DNA from: Candidatus Parvarchaeum acidiphilum ARMAN-4
Lineage (GTDB): Archaea; Nanobdellota; Nanobdellia; Parvarchaeales; Parvarchaeaceae
Assembly: GCA_002412065.1 (NCBI GenBank)
Contig: GG730044.1
Location: forward strand, 349 to 64,348
DNA: 64,000 bases
Reading direction: 5' to 3'
Shown: piece by piece, positions 27,824 through 37,600 of the stretch
Position numbering within the stretch: position 1 is the first letter of the stretch
Layout: each line of letters starts with the position of its first letter
Notes under the pieces: generated by a model
Seen by the model: only the letters and a program-made list of their open reading frames with translations
Told to the model about the DNA's origin: nothing
Databases searched by the model: none
Made by a program: the position numbers and the translations under genes

Positions 27824-28996
27824 TTATGAACTTGTTGTTTGATAATTACTAGTGTATGTAACATTACTAGCGACGCCATTATTGTTTCCGCCATAATCTT
27901 TTGCTGTTGCATTGAGTGGCCACCATCCTAATAAGTTAGAATTAGATAATGGAGATGACCCCGCACCCATTGAGTAAAGTGATGACACTTGCTGGCTAGA
28001 TAAAGTTTCATTGTATAGTTGGATATTAAATATAGACCCTAAAAAATACTGACTTTGACGTGCAACTCCAATTTCAAATCCATAAGGCATTGGAAGTGTT
28101 ATTGGAGATCTAGATACGTTTTTATCCGATAATACTCCATTTATATATCCATTTGCGTAGTATCCGCTGCTTATATTCTGATAAGTTATAACAATATTAT
28201 AGATTGACCCATTTTTTATATTACCGAACTCCATATCTTGTGTCGTTCCAGACTGACTTGCTAAAATCCAGAAATCTAAAACATGTAAATCTGGCCAATA
28301 CATCAATCCCCACCCATTATTTCCATTATCTGCGTCAAATAATCCATTATAAAAAATATCTGGAGTATTACTTGATGGGGAAAACCATAAAGATAGAGAA
28401 AAGTTTCTTCTTGCTGTATCTGGATACTCTAGACTAGTTGATATATAACTATTAGTTCCGTCAAAGTTAGCAATAAACGAAGGTAAACTAGTAGAACCGA
28501 CTGAACCCGATATGCTTCCTGTAGATACATAAGGTCCTGGAAGAGGCTGGCCAGGTTCGGTGTAATTTACTGCTACTGTTATAGCGTAATGAGTACCTGC
28601 TGATGGACATATGTTTGAGACAGAAAAGATGTAAGATGAACCTGATCTTATTAAAGGATTTGGATCTACTGTTGAATTTGGCTTGAAATTTGATATTTTG
28701 GTTATTGCCGGATCTTTTGCTGTTATGCCTGTTATGTTTATTAAATTACCGGTTGAGTCTCCTACGCTTATCCTTAATACTCCATTGGCTGTGCATTGTG
28801 CTGTTACGCTTCCTAAACCTGAGAAGCCTGTTACTGTTGATGTTATGCTTGAACTTGGGTTGAAGATTCCCATACTGTATAGAATAACTGCTACAATGAC
28901 TATGATTAAGATAGCCCAGCCGTAGGTCATCATATACTCTAAGGCTGACTGAGAACGCTTGCTTTTTCTTGGGATATCTAAATAATTAAATGACAT
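27824..28996 (-). CDS. class III signal peptide (pilin-like) protein with LamG-like lectin domain
   Basis: N-terminal PRKSKRSQSALEYMMTYGWAIL... LamG-like run NFDGTNSYISTS..FSLSLWFSP..GYINGV..FLGSIFNIQLYNETLSSQQVSSLYS. C-terminal LLGWWPLNATAKDYGGNNNG. Confidence 0.8.
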   Translation of the reverse strand: MSFNYLDIPRKSKRSQSALEYMMTYGWAILIIVIVAVILYSMGIFNPSSSITSTVTGFSGLGSVTAQCTANGVLRISVGDSTGNLINITGITAKDPAITKISNFKPNSTVDPNPLIRSGSSYIFSVSNICPSAGTHYAITVAVNYTEPGQPLPGPYVSTGSISGSVGSTSLPSFIANFDGTNSYISTSLEYPDTARRNFSLSLWFSPSSNTPDIFYNGLFDADNGNNGWGLMYWPDLHVLDFWILASQSGTTQDMEFGNIKNGSIYNIVITYQNISSGYYANGYINGVLSDKNVSRSPITLPMPYGFEIGVARQSQYFLGSIFNIQLYNETLSSQQVSSLYSMGAGSSPLSNSNLLGWWPLNATAKDYGGNNNGVASNVTYTSNYQTTSS

Positions 28997-29032
28997 ATTA
29001 TTTGGATAGAAAGTAAAGGATATAAATATTTC
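28994..29032 (-). promoter_or_regulatory. conserved 39-bp promoter/start module (copy 3)
   Basis: + strand catattatttggatagaaagtaaaggatataaatatttc. The terminal ATG is the annotated start at 28996. Confidence 0.55.
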
Positions 29033-29102
29033 TTTAGAATGAGAAAACTTTAAATTGTCAATAATAAAGTTTTAAAATATCCAATTTAATCCAGCAGGAA
29101 TT

Positions 29103-29651
29103 TTAATAGTTGTGAATATTCTTATTAGCGTCAATGTATATGAAATTGATGCCGGATTCCTTTGCTTTTCTTAAAATTTCAGCCGCTTTTTCGCTATTGT
29201 TATATCCTAGAATTATTATGTTTTTAAAATCTTCTTCCTTAATTTCTTTATAGCCTATCTCATGCTCATACAACTTGTTTTTCAAATAAACTTCAGGTAT
29301 TCTCCCTCCCATCTCAAAATATACCTTTAACCATCCTATCCAATGATCTGGTTTATCACCTTTGTATGTTCCACGCAAATGATTTTGCCTATGGGCTTCT
29401 TCATGTATAAGAAGATTTTTTACATCATCTAATTTACTAGAGCACATCGAATCATAAACAAACCATTTATCAATCAGTATTTCATCACTATGCTCATCGT
29501 ATCTTCCACAAAACGTATTGCTAGAATTTATTATACTGTATTTAGTTTTATCGAACGCTGAGCTATAAGGTGAATTTTCTTTAAGCTTAGAAAGTAATGA
29601 TTCCAATATACTCTTTTGATTTCTTATGTCGATAAATTTTTCATTTATCAT
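29103..29651 (-). CDS. putative zinc metallopeptidase (HExxH, SprT-like)
   Basis: LLIHEEAHRQNH motif, preceded by an ..CGRYDEHSDEILID.. segment as in SprT-like domains. Confidence 0.45.
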   Translation of the reverse strand: MINEKFIDIRNQKSILESLLSKLKENSPYSSAFDKTKYSIINSSNTFCGRYDEHSDEILIDKWFVYDSMCSSKLDDVKNLLIHEEAHRQNHLRGTYKGDKPDHWIGWLKVYFEMGGRIPEVYLKNKLYEHEIGYKEIKEEDFKNIIILGYNNSEKAAEILRKAKESGINFIYIDANKNIHNY

Positions 29652-29763
29652 AATATAATCAGAGATATGATATCATTAATAAATCTATTTTACTGCTATA
29701 ACAGAAGGCTTACAAGGAAAACAAATATTTATTAATTTTAACTACGATTCTTTGAAGTATTTA

Positions 29764-30381
29764 TTATACGAATGAAAGCTCTTTTTTTGAAGTTACTATT
29801 CCGTTTAAATCAATTGAATATATTACAGGCAAGCCGGTTGGCAACTCCAATGACAATACTTGCTCCTTTGATAATTTATCTAAGTACATTATTATAGAAC
29901 GTAAACTATTTCCATGCGCTGACACCAGTACATTTTTGCCTGCTTTTAGATCAGACATTATGCAGTTAATAAAAAATGGAATCGTTCTTTTTTGCGTGTC
30001 TTCGAGGCTTTCTCCATTTGGAGGCCTTACATCATAGCTTCTTCTCCAGAGGTGTACTTGTTCTGCGCCATATTTTTTAGCAGTGTCAGCCTTATTCAAA
30101 CCCTGCAGGTCACCATACATCCTTTCATTTAGCGCTTTATCCTTTATTACAGGGGGATTTTGCTGTAATGCTTTCATTACTATCTCAAGTGTTTCTATGG
30201 CCCGGTCTAAAACGCTTGTATAAGCAACATCGAACTGAATGTTTTCTTTCTTTATCAGCTGTGCTGCATCTTCTGCCTGTTTTCTTCCAAAGTCTGTCAA
30301 TGGCACATCGACCCACCCTGTGAATCTATTCTCTTTGTTCCAAAGGGATTCGCCATGCCTTAACAAACATAATTCTGCCAT
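29764..30381 (-). CDS. gpmA: 2,3-bisphosphoglycerate-dependent phosphoglycerate mutase (histidine phosphatase family)
   Basis: LLRHGESLWNKENRFTGWVDVPLT N-terminal signature, and SAHGNSLR. Confidence 0.85.
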   Translation of the reverse strand: MAELCLLRHGESLWNKENRFTGWVDVPLTDFGRKQAEDAAQLIKKENIQFDVAYTSVLDRAIETLEIVMKALQQNPPVIKDKALNERMYGDLQGLNKADTAKKYGAEQVHLWRRSYDVRPPNGESLEDTQKRTIPFFINCIMSDLKAGKNVLVSAHGNSLRSIIMYLDKLSKEQVLSLELPTGLPVIYSIDLNGIVTSKKELSFV

Positions 30382-30448
30382 AACAATAATTAATGTCGCT
30401 GTTCTTATTAATTCCTTGTATCTTTGCTAAAAGGAAACAGATAAAAAA

Positions 30449-30781
30449 TTAATAAACTTTTTTCTTTCTAAGTAATTTAAGCGCTATAAGAACGATTAAA
30501 AATACGAGAATTGCAGCCGAAACCGAATACATCGCAGAATCTAAACCACACTTGAAGTAAAAAGACCCGGAGATTGAGGATGTGCTGCCAGATAATGCTG
30601 CGGCAGATATCGAGCAGGAGTTATAATTTGTAAATATTAGGAAATACAATGGTATTGCGATGATTACTGCAATGGCTGCAAGAATCCATTTTGTATGATC
30701 TTTTTTTAGTTTTACGCTCTGGATCTCTACGTTTATTCCTTGGGATTTCAGTTCTTCCCTATATTTATCAGACAAACCCAT
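30449..30781 (-). CDS. small membrane protein
   Basis: Two hydrophobic segments; ORF only. Confidence 0.35.
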   Translation of the reverse strand: MGLSDKYREELKSQGINVEIQSVKLKKDHTKWILAAIAVIIAIPLYFLIFTNYNSCSISAAALSGSTSSISGSFYFKCGLDSAMYSVSAAILVFLIVLIALKLLRKKKVY

Positions 30782-31212
30782 TATATTTCTACGTGTTTCA
30801 TTATAAATATAGATTGTATTTTCTGTACGTTCTGCAGGTTTTGCAGCTTTTCATGAACAAAATTTATTATATCGTCTCTTGATCCCCTCACGGAAAGTAT
30901 GAAGTCCCAATCTCCGCTTACTTCATATATCTCTTTTATTAGCCTGTCCTCCTTTAATTCCTGAAAGAACTTATCAAAGTCTTTTATATAAACTTGATTC
31001 AAAGAAACAAGAATAAACGCATTTTCGTAGTTATCTGATCCATTGTAGTTCAATTCTATTTTAAGTCCTTTAATAAAACCGTTTTTCTTAAGTTTGTTGT
31101 AGTGGTAATATACAGTAGACTGGGGAATGTTCAGTTTTTGGGTGATTTCATTAACTTTTTTACCGCTTTTAAACAAATCTAGCAGCTCTACATCAATTTC
31201 TTTAAGTTTCAT
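30781..31212 (-). CDS. Lrp/AsnC-family transcriptional regulator
   Basis: N-terminal HTH (EITQKLNIPQSTVYYHYNKLKKNGFI) plus a C-terminal RAM domain (EIYEVSGDWDFILSV). Confidence 0.8.
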   Translation of the reverse strand: MKLKEIDVELLDLFKSGKKVNEITQKLNIPQSTVYYHYNKLKKNGFIKGLKIELNYNGSDNYENAFILVSLNQVYIKDFDKFFQELKEDRLIKEIYEVSGDWDFILSVRGSRDDIINFVHEKLQNLQNVQKIQSIFIMKHVEI

Positions 31213-31259
31213 AGCATTAAGATAATACTTATGGTAATACTCAGTTTAAAAACCTTTCA

Positions 31260-32051
31260 TTATGAGATTATTCTTGCAGATAGGAAGTTTGCTACTACGT
31301 TTTTAAGCGTTGAATTCGGCAGAAGGATCTCTTTTCCATAAAAAGTGTTTAAATCAGATCTTGAAAGGTAGACTGCTAGATTATTTTCATACAAAAACAT
31401 CATTCCATTATAGAAATTTGTATTGTTTATGTTAACAGAAGGGATATAAGTAGTATTGTACCCGTTGTATACTAAAGTCCCATTTAACTCATAGAGAGCT
31501 GTACTGTTGGGAAAAGCTGCAAAAGTACCATACCCCAAATCTATGCTCTTGTTTATCGAAGTGCCATTCAGTATTGGAACTGTCACATTTGAATAAATTG
31601 AACAAAGCGCAAACGCATCAGTTTTCGCCCTTGCGACCTCGCAGTTCTTTATGGAATTGCTTAAGTTTTCTGATGTAAAGTTATATGAAAAAGCAACGAC
31701 AGAAGGCAAACTGGAGATATTATCCATATCTATTAATATATTGTATCCTTGTGGGAGTTTTGAACTGCCGAATAGTACTGAGCTGTAAAGAGTGTTGTTC
31801 TCAACTACTTTATTCCCGTTTATTGAAAGTGCAGTTGCATCCTTGTAATACTGAGAAGGCACTAATATTGTTGAATCGTGGTATGCTGCATTCCAATACT
31901 CTAGTGCATATTGTATGGAAGACGGTATACCAGAAGTTGAGACTACACTGCTAGGCTTGTTAATCTTTACAAATACAAAGACTGCCAGAAGTATTATGAT
32001 TATTGCTATGAGAACCCAAATAAAAGAAGTCGATATCCTTAGAACTACCAT
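31260..32051 (-). CDS. N-terminally anchored extracellular protein, N-X-S/T rich
   Basis: A single N-terminal TM segment (FIWVLIAIIIILLAVFVFV) and many sequons. No known domain recognised. Confidence 0.45.
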   Translation of the reverse strand: MVVLRISTSFIWVLIAIIIILLAVFVFVKINKPSSVVSTSGIPSSIQYALEYWNAAYHDSTILVPSQYYKDATALSINGNKVVENNTLYSSVLFGSSKLPQGYNILIDMDNISSLPSVVAFSYNFTSENLSNSIKNCEVARAKTDAFALCSIYSNVTVPILNGTSINKSIDLGYGTFAAFPNSTALYELNGTLVYNGYNTTYIPSVNINNTNFYNGMMFLYENNLAVYLSRSDLNTFYGKEILLPNSTLKNVVANFLSARIIS

Positions 32052-32054
32052 GGC

Positions 32055-32468
32055 TTATTGCTCATTGTTTTCCTGATTTTGCTCTTCCTGTTCATTGTTC
32101 TTATCTATTTCTTCATTGCTTTCTTGAACATTCTCGTCAGTGTTTTCCTGATTATCTTGTTCTTTTTCAGTATATTCATTTTCCTGGGGGCTTTCTTTAA
32201 CTTTGCTTTCTTCTGCCTCTGAAATCCCGTCCCCGTCTTTAGCAAATATCGTGAATTTACGTTTTACTTTTGAACTGTTGGTTCTTTTTACGTACTTAGG
32301 CATTCCTTTGTAAAGCCTTTGTCCATGTATCTTCTTTGCACAGTCCGGGCAGTAATAAGCCTTTATCCCGTCTCTAAATAAGTATACTGCTCTGTCTCTT
32401 CTAGTTATTTGTCCGCACGAAGCACACCTAACGTTTCCCGTTCTTCCCCGTCTTATGTTCTTTCCCAT
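32055..32468 (-). CDS. zinc-ribbon protein resembling a minimal ribosomal protein eS26, with an acidic/Q-N-rich tail
   Basis: RRGRTGNVRCASCGQITRRDRAV ... YYCPDCAKK parallels eS26 (GRG.V..V.C..C...VPKDKA ... YC.SCA), but the region between the Cys pairs is much shorter. Confidence 0.3.
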   Translation of the reverse strand: MGKNIRRGRTGNVRCASCGQITRRDRAVYLFRDGIKAYYCPDCAKKIHGQRLYKGMPKYVKRTNSSKVKRKFTIFAKDGDGISEAEESKVKESPQENEYTEKEQDNQENTDENVQESNEEIDKNNEQEEQNQENNEQ

Positions 32469-33465
32469 TCACTTTATTATTATTAGGGATTATATATAAG
32501 TTTGCTATGCCTATCTTTTGCTCATCATCTTTATATTCTACATTATTGTAATCGTTGTTTTTGTCTTCCGGGAGCTTGTACATATACAAGAAAAATATCA
32601 GCATTGCTGTAAGAATTACTCCTCCTACAATTGTTACTAAAACAGAAGCGTAAGAAAGTGCGCTATTGTTCAAGTAAGTATAAAGTGATTTAGTCCCGAA
32701 TACTTTTCCATAATTAAGAAAATTTATGGATATGACTGAAAGAAAGGCAGCGACAAATATTGCTTCCCGCCTTGTTTTTCCAGTTATAAAATAGACAATT
32801 GAAACTGCTGCGATCGCGGCTGCAATAATGTATGTTATGTAGTTTATATTCAGATTTAAGCCGTGCATTGAATAGATAAAAAGCAAAAGGCCAATTACTG
32901 TAGAGATCGGCGATAAAAACTTCATCTTATCAACCTTGTAGAAAGCAAAAGACAACCCAAATGCTATTAAAAGCGTTCCTACTATAAATCCGACTGCATA
33001 TATGTTAGACAAAAATGCAGCTGCAGAAAAGCTTGTCAAAGTTGAATTAACTCCAACTCCTGAGATTATTGATACAAATATAGAAAGAAGTATAAGCAAT
33101 ATTATAAACGTAATAAGGGAATAAACTCTTGCAAGCATTAGCGGACTAAACTTTGAATCTTTCCAGATATATTCTGAAAAAACTAAAAATAAATTTCTAC
33201 CTATGAAAAGAAGCGTCGCAACTAATATTGGAAAAACGTAAAGATAATCTATATATGGCATTATTGATGGATAAAGAACTTCGGCGTTTACAACAAAGAA
33301 CACTACAAATGTTCCAACCACTCCCCATATAGGATCTAAGTATTTTTTGACTTTTGGCAGGCTTTGCCTATCATAAATAAAAGTAATGGCAGACATGGCT
33401 TCTGCAAGAAGAAACGCGAATAAGATTGCAAGAAGACTGTAATTTAACGTTATATAGATGTTCAT
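32428..33465 (-). CDS. cydB: cytochrome bd-type oxidase subunit II
   Basis: About 8 TM segments and 345 aa. The start overlaps the cydA stop by 4 nt. A DPIWGVVGTFVVFF segment occupies the conserved P.WD.NEVWL position but is divergent. Confidence 0.6.
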   Translation of the reverse strand: MNIYITLNYSLLAILFAFLLAEAMSAITFIYDRQSLPKVKKYLDPIWGVVGTFVVFFVVNAEVLYPSIMPYIDYLYVFPILVATLLFIGRNLFLVFSEYIWKDSKFSPLMLARVYSLITFIILLILLSIFVSIISGVGVNSTLTSFSAAAFLSNIYAVGFIVGTLLIAFGLSFAFYKVDKMKFLSPISTVIGLLLFIYSMHGLNLNINYITYIIAAAIAAVSIVYFITGKTRREAIFVAAFLSVISINFLNYGKVFGTKSLYTYLNNSALSYASVLVTIVGGVILTAMLIFFLYMYKLPEDKNNDYNNVEYKDDEQKIGIANLYIIPNNNKVNGKEHKTGKNGKR

Positions 33466-34877
33466 TGCTTTACCCCCAATTCGCTGTTTAGATCCCTTTT
33501 CTTTATTACATTTCTAACAAACAGCAATGTGGCCGGAAGAACCACAATGTAAAACGCAATTATCGCTATACCTATTGGCACTATCGAAGGAGAGGTATTG
33601 GCAGCCGCTGAAACGGTCATTACATTGTATATTATCCAAGGCTGTCTGCCTACTTCATCAGTTACCCATCCATCTTCCAGAAGGAAACCTGCCAAAACAC
33701 CTATAACAATTAAGCCCTTCAGCACTAGCGGATTATCAAAAGGATCTGAAAATATTTTATTTGAAAGTATCTTATTAAAGAAATGGTTTGACTCAAATTT
33801 GTCTCTTATCTTCCTTATATTCAACAACCAGATTAATAGAAAGATTATCATTACTACGCCTATCAAAACTCCAATGCCCACCATTATGTCAAATGTATTG
33901 TGTACGACTGCAACGGGTGGCCAAGTGCTTTTTGGATAAGCCGCTAAAGAGTCATTGCTTGCTATGGCCCCATTAAAACTTCCAGTAGCAAGGAAACTCA
34001 TCAAACCAGGAATGTTTATTGAGTCTACAGTCTTGTTGTTTACAAGGAAACCTCCTATGACTTCGGCAACGTGCGGGCCTGAATTGAAGTTCATTTCAAG
34101 AGCAGCGAATTTTTCAGGCTGATAAAGCATTAAGTCCGTTATTGATTCTATCCCTATTATTACTGTAAGAATTATTGAAATTATAACGATGGCAGCGGCT
34201 ATCTTTGCAGCTTTTTTGTAGTATTCTCTTTCCATCCCTTTTGTTTTTAATAGCTTATAGGCAAAGTAAGCGAGGAAAAACGCAGCTCCAGCGAATATTG
34301 TAGAACCGATTACATGCCCTATCTCAACCCATGTAGTTGGTGTATTCAGCACTGCAAAAGGATTCACATCAATTATTTTGCCTGTGCTCAGATAATATGG
34401 AATATTAAATCCATTTGGAGTATTCATAAATGCATTTATCATAGTTATGAAAACTCCAGACATTACTGCTCCTATTGCGATGAAAACTGAAAGCAACCAG
34501 TGCTTCATTCTGCTTTTGAACTTGTTCCAAAAGTATATGTATATCCCCAAGAAGATTGCCTCTGTAAAGAATGCAAATATCTCCATATAAAGCGGCAGTA
34601 TACCAACCTGACCTAAAACTGAAATGAATTTTGGCCAAAGCACAAAAAGCTCTATGGCAACTACAACTCCGCTTGCAGTACCCACTGCAAAGAATATTAT
34701 AAGCGCATTTGCGAGCCTTTTAGCAAGAACATCATATAGCTTTATCTTATATTTTATAGAAACAAATTCGGCTATGCTCATCATTATTGGCAGAGTCATG
34801 CCGACAGTAACCAGAAGTATATGTACTGCCAATGAGTAACCCATTAGACCTGCATCGAATAATACAAGATTAACCAC
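33462..34877 (-). CDS. cydA: cytochrome bd-type oxidase subunit I
   Basis: The hallmark GRQPW motif (EVGRQPWIIY), about 9 TM segments, and an N-terminal H in TM1 (SLAVHILLV). Confidence 0.85.
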   Translation of the reverse strand: MVNLVLFDAGLMGYSLAVHILLVTVGMTLPIMMSIAEFVSIKYKIKLYDVLAKRLANALIIFFAVGTASGVVVAIELFVLWPKFISVLGQVGILPLYMEIFAFFTEAIFLGIYIYFWNKFKSRMKHWLLSVFIAIGAVMSGVFITMINAFMNTPNGFNIPYYLSTGKIIDVNPFAVLNTPTTWVEIGHVIGSTIFAGAAFFLAYFAYKLLKTKGMEREYYKKAAKIAAAIVIISIILTVIIGIESITDLMLYQPEKFAALEMNFNSGPHVAEVIGGFLVNNKTVDSINIPGLMSFLATGSFNGAIASNDSLAAYPKSTWPPVAVVHNTFDIMVGIGVLIGVVMIIFLLIWLLNIRKIRDKFESNHFFNKILSNKIFSDPFDNPLVLKGLIVIGVLAGFLLEDGWVTDEVGRQPWIIYNVMTVSAAANTSPSIVPIGIAIIAFYIVVLPATLLFVRNVIKKRDLNSELGVKQ

Positions 34878-34929
34878 TATACTATTAACTTTTATGGTTA
34901 TTTACGGCTTTTGCTACAGAGTATAAGAT

Positions 34930-35640
34930 TTAAAGACGGATTATACCGCTTGGATAAAGTATATTTTTATTTGATTTTGAGAGCCTGGCCGCAAGCTTGT
35001 TTGATTCAATAGAGAGGTGAACAGGGACAAGCCTCTTTGCATGGCTTTCTTCAAAAACATTCATTGTAGAACTGTAAGTCGAGTGTTTCCAAAAATCTGC
35101 TTCTTTCTTCTTTTCATCTGTATAAGTCATTTCATGCAGTAGAATATCTGCTTCTTCTGCTCCCTTTACTACGTTTTGGCTATAAGCAGTATCACCGCTG
35201 TAAAAGATAGTTTTACCCTTATAATCTACCCTATAACCATTGTCTATGACAAGATGCCTGGCTCTGAAAGGCATTATAAAATCATATTTCTTGTCTTCAA
35301 CGAATTCTGCATTTACCTTAAATTCCTTTGGAGTTTGCAGCGTTTTAAGCAGCTTTTCAGTGTTATTTTTTATGCCTTCTGGCCCCAATACTATGAGTTT
35401 ATTTTGCGCATTATGTATGGCTCTATACCAGAACAATTCCGGTAGTCCGCTGAAATGATCCAAATGCATGTGGGTTATTGCTACGATTTCTATTTTTCTA
35501 GGGTCTATGTTAAAATCAAGCAGAGACTCTACAGTATGGGGCCCAAAATCAAAAACTATTTTGTCATCCAATGCAAATGAAATGTTCCTCTCTCCACGTA
35601 CAATATTGGAACTCCACTTGCCTAGAAATCTTAGATTCAT
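34930..35640 (-). CDS. MBL-fold metallo-hydrolase
   Basis: HMHLDH (HxHxDH) motif, with downstream H/D ligands. Confidence 0.7.
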   Translation of the reverse strand: MNLRFLGKWSSNIVRGERNISFALDDKIVFDFGPHTVESLLDFNIDPRKIEIVAITHMHLDHFSGLPELFWYRAIHNAQNKLIVLGPEGIKNNTEKLLKTLQTPKEFKVNAEFVEDKKYDFIMPFRARHLVIDNGYRVDYKGKTIFYSGDTAYSQNVVKGAEEADILLHEMTYTDEKKKEADFWKHSTYSSTMNVFEESHAKRLVPVHLSIESNKLAARLSKSNKNILYPSGIIRL

Positions 35641-37013
35641 TACTCGGTCAGTTCTTCCAGGCTTTTATCTTTTGTTTCAGGTGCAAGGAATACTGTAAGC
35701 AGAAGTCCTATTAGTCCTGCTATTGCAAAGAATAGAAGCCCATAACCTAAACCATATAATGCTACTATCGTAGGAAAAGTTGTTAAACCAAGTATGGCAC
35801 CGATCCTGCTAATTGATGTTCCCCATCCCTGGCCTGTGGCTCTTATTGTTGTAGGGAAAAGCTCCTGTCCATAAACGAAATCTGTGCTTCCCATACCCCA
35901 TGATTGTGTAAGCTCAAATAAGATATACATAGTTGCGATTACCGCACCGGTTATTCCTACTGCGAATGCGTCTTTTGGAGTGTGCATCGCTATTATTGCC
36001 AAAACAAGAAGCGAAACGAACATACCTGCAAAGCCAAGTATTGTAACTGTCTTTCTACCCCATTTATCTACAGTTAGTATACATAGTATTGAACCGACTA
36101 TAGCTACTGAGGAAAAGATTGCTGATCCTAAAATTGACAAACTGTGGCTTAAACCTAAAAGTATAAGTATGGTAGGCGTAAAAAGCCCTATTCCATAGAA
36201 AGCAACGTCATAGAAAAACCACGCTAAACCAAAGTATATTGTATTCTTTATGTATTTTCTGTCAAATAGTGTAAAAAATGAAACCTTATTGTGAGTGGCT
36301 TTTAAAGCATCAGAACTACCTGTTATTACCTTTTCAGACTGCTTTGCCTTTTCCACTTGTCCATTGTTTGCAAGCCATCTTGCTGATTCTGGAACCTTTC
36401 TTCTAAGTATAAGTACGATTATTGCAGGTATGATTCCTATTGCGAACATTACCCTCCATGAATTGTTGCCTAATGGTAAAAGAAGGTAACCTACTACGAA
36501 TGCAAAAGCTGCACCTACCCACCAAGCCATTCCGTCGCTTGCTAGGAACTTTCCTCGTGATTTTTTAGGGGTTATCTCAGAGATAATTGTAGCTCCTATT
36601 GCGTAGTCAGCACCTATTGCTAGACCTAATATTAATCTGAATATAAAAAGAGACCAAAAGTTAAACGATAAAGTTATTGCCGCTGTAAATATTATGAATA
36701 TAACCATATCCCAGAGGTACATGAACTTCCTTCCTTTGATATCGGTTATATACCCTATTGATAATGCACCAAAAAGCATTCCTATCGTTGTGGAAGCGGC
36801 CATTAAACCCTTTCCCAAAGGAGTGCTTGCATAACTGAAAGCAGATAATGCTGTTATTATGGTTAAAGCTACACCTATTATTGATATATCGTAGCCGTCT
36901 AGAAAAGTACCTGCAACTGAAAGCAAAGTTATTCTGTAGTGGTTTGAATTTGTTTTAGCGTTATCTAAAACAGAATAAGAAACGGTCTTTGTGGCCTTTT
37001 GCTTCTTTTGCAT
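35640..37013 (-). CDS. MFS sugar-porter-type transporter
   Basis: 12 hydrophobic segments; motifs DIKGRKF, PESARWL and PETKDKSLEEL. Confidence 0.85.
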   Translation of the reverse strand: MQKKQKATKTVSYSVLDNAKTNSNHYRITLLSVAGTFLDGYDISIIGVALTIITALSAFSYASTPLGKGLMAASTTIGMLFGALSIGYITDIKGRKFMYLWDMVIFIIFTAAITLSFNFWSLFIFRLILGLAIGADYAIGATIISEITPKKSRGKFLASDGMAWWVGAAFAFVVGYLLLPLGNNSWRVMFAIGIIPAIIVLILRRKVPESARWLANNGQVEKAKQSEKVITGSSDALKATHNKVSFFTLFDRKYIKNTIYFGLAWFFYDVAFYGIGLFTPTILILLGLSHSLSILGSAIFSSVAIVGSILCILTVDKWGRKTVTILGFAGMFVSLLVLAIIAMHTPKDAFAVGITGAVIATMYILFELTQSWGMGSTDFVYGQELFPTTIRATGQGWGTSISRIGAILGLTTFPTIVALYGLGYGLLFFAIAGLIGLLLTVFLAPETKDKSLEELTE

Positions 37014-37231
37014 AATTTTTTATGCCTTTATTAGTATTTAAATCCTATCTTTTTTGATTTTTACAAAAATATGAAAAACTTTACAGTGGTTGACAAATAT
37101 ATAGTATATAAGACAGCTTAGGATTTAAAAAACCGAAGTGGAATAAATTTTACTTAAGCTCAGTCTGTAAGGTTATCTATGCTTGTTAGACCTGTAAAAA
37201 GACATAAAAACGAAGCGGATAATATAATTAA

Positions 37232-37597
37232 ATGGAGCAGAATGACCTTACAAGAAATGTCGTTGAATTAAGAGAGTCATTAAAAATATACGACCAGAGG
37301 ATTTCCCAGCTTAAAGACACAATAAAAATGGTCGATCAAAACAATCTTGAAAAATACAAAGAAATAAAAATAGCACTGCAGGAGATAAACAATGAACTAT
37401 CAAGCAGCAAAACCAAAATTTTTGAATTGGATGACGCGTTAAACAGATTGGAAAGACAGGCAGAGAATTACGCAAAAGTGCAGGATATAAAAGTGATAGA
37501 AAAATACCTCAGCTTTGTAGATCCTTCAAGGTTTTTAAATAAAGACGACGTTATTAAAATTGTAAACGAATACATGAACAGTAAGAAATGGAGCTAG
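37232..37597 (+). CDS. coiled-coil protein, unknown function
   Basis: Heptad-like helical sequence for about 90 aa. First gene of a tightly linked pair. Confidence 0.4.
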   Translation: MEQNDLTRNVVELRESLKIYDQRISQLKDTIKMVDQNNLEKYKEIKIALQEINNELSSSKTKIFELDDALNRLERQAENYAKVQDIKVIEKYLSFVDPSRFLNKDDVIKIVNEYMNSKKWS

Positions 37598-37600
37598 GAT

